This document shows, one piece after another, positions 62,286 through 64,000 of a stretch of 64,000 bases of DNA. Position numbers and translations under genes: made by a program. Positions within the stretch are counted from its first letter, which is position 1. The number at the start of each line of letters is the position of its first letter. The DNA comes from Eledone cirrhosa. Its lineage: Eukaryota. Where the stretch lies: NCBI GenBank assembly GCA_964016885.1, contig OZ024740.1, forward strand, positions 243,660,001-243,724,000, in the 5' to 3' direction. Below the pieces are notes generated by a model. It was not told the origin of the DNA and searched no databases. It saw nothing but the letters and a program-made list of their open reading frames with translations.

Positions 62286-63133
62286 TCTCTCTCTCTATAT
62301 ATATATATATTTACGTAGACAACGGAGCGTATGTGTATAAACACTTGCACCGTGTCATAGTATGTGTGTACACATTCATGCCTTAAAGTTAAATTGGTTT
62401 TTATCCCCTAAATTTTAGTAATCAAGATATGAAAATGATATTTCTAAATTTGTGTATTTTTCATACAGTTCTTGATTTCTACACCGTTGAGCCCTTTATA
62501 AAAGGAAGGGCTATATATAACAACAAACCTTCGGAATTTGAACGACTCCATTCCCATATCTTCGTATCCTCGTCAGAAGTCTTAAGAAATTTAATCTTAT
62601 TACGATATTTCTAAATTTTCGTTTCTTATTTTTTGTAGAGCGATATTTCTAGAGTGATTTATACAACTATAAAGCCTCATAAAATTCTGCCTTATACGTG
62701 CACCTGCTGTTATTGATGCAAAGGTTTCCCATCTCTCGTTTTTTAGGTCCCAGCTATTGAACAAATCAATTGTCTATAGATAATTTTTTTTTTTCTGACT
62801 GATTTCTATTTTTAGCGATGTGTTTTCTGTTAGTTTTTTGCGTAAACAAATTCAGCCTATTATAGTGGCAGCAAGCTCCGTTAACTGAACAGACGTATTC
62901 TGGTCCCTCGGTAAATTTTGGGGAACCGCCCCTCTTCCTAACGTCTCACAACTGCTTCGTATAGGAATGTCATTTTATGTTTATTAAATTCTATTACAAT
63001 TTAACTCTGAGTATTTCAAATATTAGACATATATATATATATATAGTAGAAATGAACGAACAAAACACAGGAGACAATTGTACACAGTTATATTAGGTTC
63101 ACGCTTGGTGGAAGTGGAGGAGGTTTTAACGTT

Positions 63134-63189
63134 TATATATATATATATACACATATATGTATATACACATACATATATATATATATATA

Positions 63190-63229
<40 letters not shown>

Positions 63230-63290
63230 TATATATACACATACATACATATACACATATATTTATACATACACGCACATATATGCATAC
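63134..63290. repeat. (TA)/(CA) compound microsatellite
   Basis: Direct reading. Confidence 0.9.
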
Positions 63291-64000
63291 GAACAGTCTC
63301 CAAAACACACACATTGTAAATATTAGTTCACACTTGATTTTTTCAAATCATCTAGTATTAACTCATAATTACTATTTAATTCAATTCGAATTCTGTTTTT
63401 ATTATTTCGCCTCCCGACTCGTTTCTATCCCTCGCCTCCCAAATATATTCTTCTACGCACCTCTGCATTCATTGTATTAATTCTGATATCAGAAGAACGG
63501 TACTCATTTCCAAGGTTGATGTCATTCTTTAAATAACACTTCTGTACTTTCTATGCATCGTTGCACCTGATAAATGAAAGAGGAAGTTTAGTTAGCTGAG
63601 GGCAGAGAGCATCATTCAATCTGTCACGAACCTATTTCAACTTGCGCTGGGTTCGTTATCGATTTTCTTTTCTTGCTTTCTTCAAGAAAGAAAAACAAAA
63701 CCAATTCAAACGAATTCTTCCCCATGTGGTGTAATTAGATGGAAATTAATAATTCTATAGTATTTCAAAATATCTTTCCAGCTATTTTGCGTTCATCGTG
63801 TATTCATAATATATAATCATTGTAAGAAATGGTCTTAAAATCAGTTTCATGTATTGAAACTCTCAAGACACTTGATGCTACTATTAATAGCAATAATTAT
63901 AATTAAAAAGGCTGTTTTATACAATATTATTTTTCTTCATTAAAATTACAAACGAAATTGAAATAAGCTAGTATGTTTGATGTGTTTATTAATTCATTAC

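Overview
Eukaryotic, AT-rich, repeat-dense genomic DNA. The SINE families and TA/CA microsatellites resemble those of octopod cephalopods, but this is inference. Positions 1-~40,525 are one continuous satellite built almost entirely from tRNA-Thr(AGU) genes and their decayed copies (about 14 per 2.9 kb, so roughly 200 here, open-ended to the left). It is organised into higher-order repeats with offsets of 1227, 2898 and 3671 bp, homogeneous on the left and more diverged to the right. A minority of monomers still fold into full 74-nt cloverleafs with Pol III A/B boxes and T-run terminators. Each ~1.2-1.5 kb subunit also carries two co-amplified passengers: a SINE 3' tail, whose intact TSD-flanked ancestor survives at the array edge, and a ~265-bp GC-rich insert. 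The array has two inverted blocks and one RTE insertion. Positions ~40.5-60 kb are decayed mobile elements: RTE, CRE-like, R4/Dong-like, Tx1/L1-like, Penelope-like, hAT transposase and SINEs, with several hammerhead-ribozyme remnants. A candidate first coding exon of a host gene (MRRR...poly-His, GTAAGC donor) lies at 61303-61428. Most ORFs in the supplied track are spurious. All alignments and folds were done by eye.
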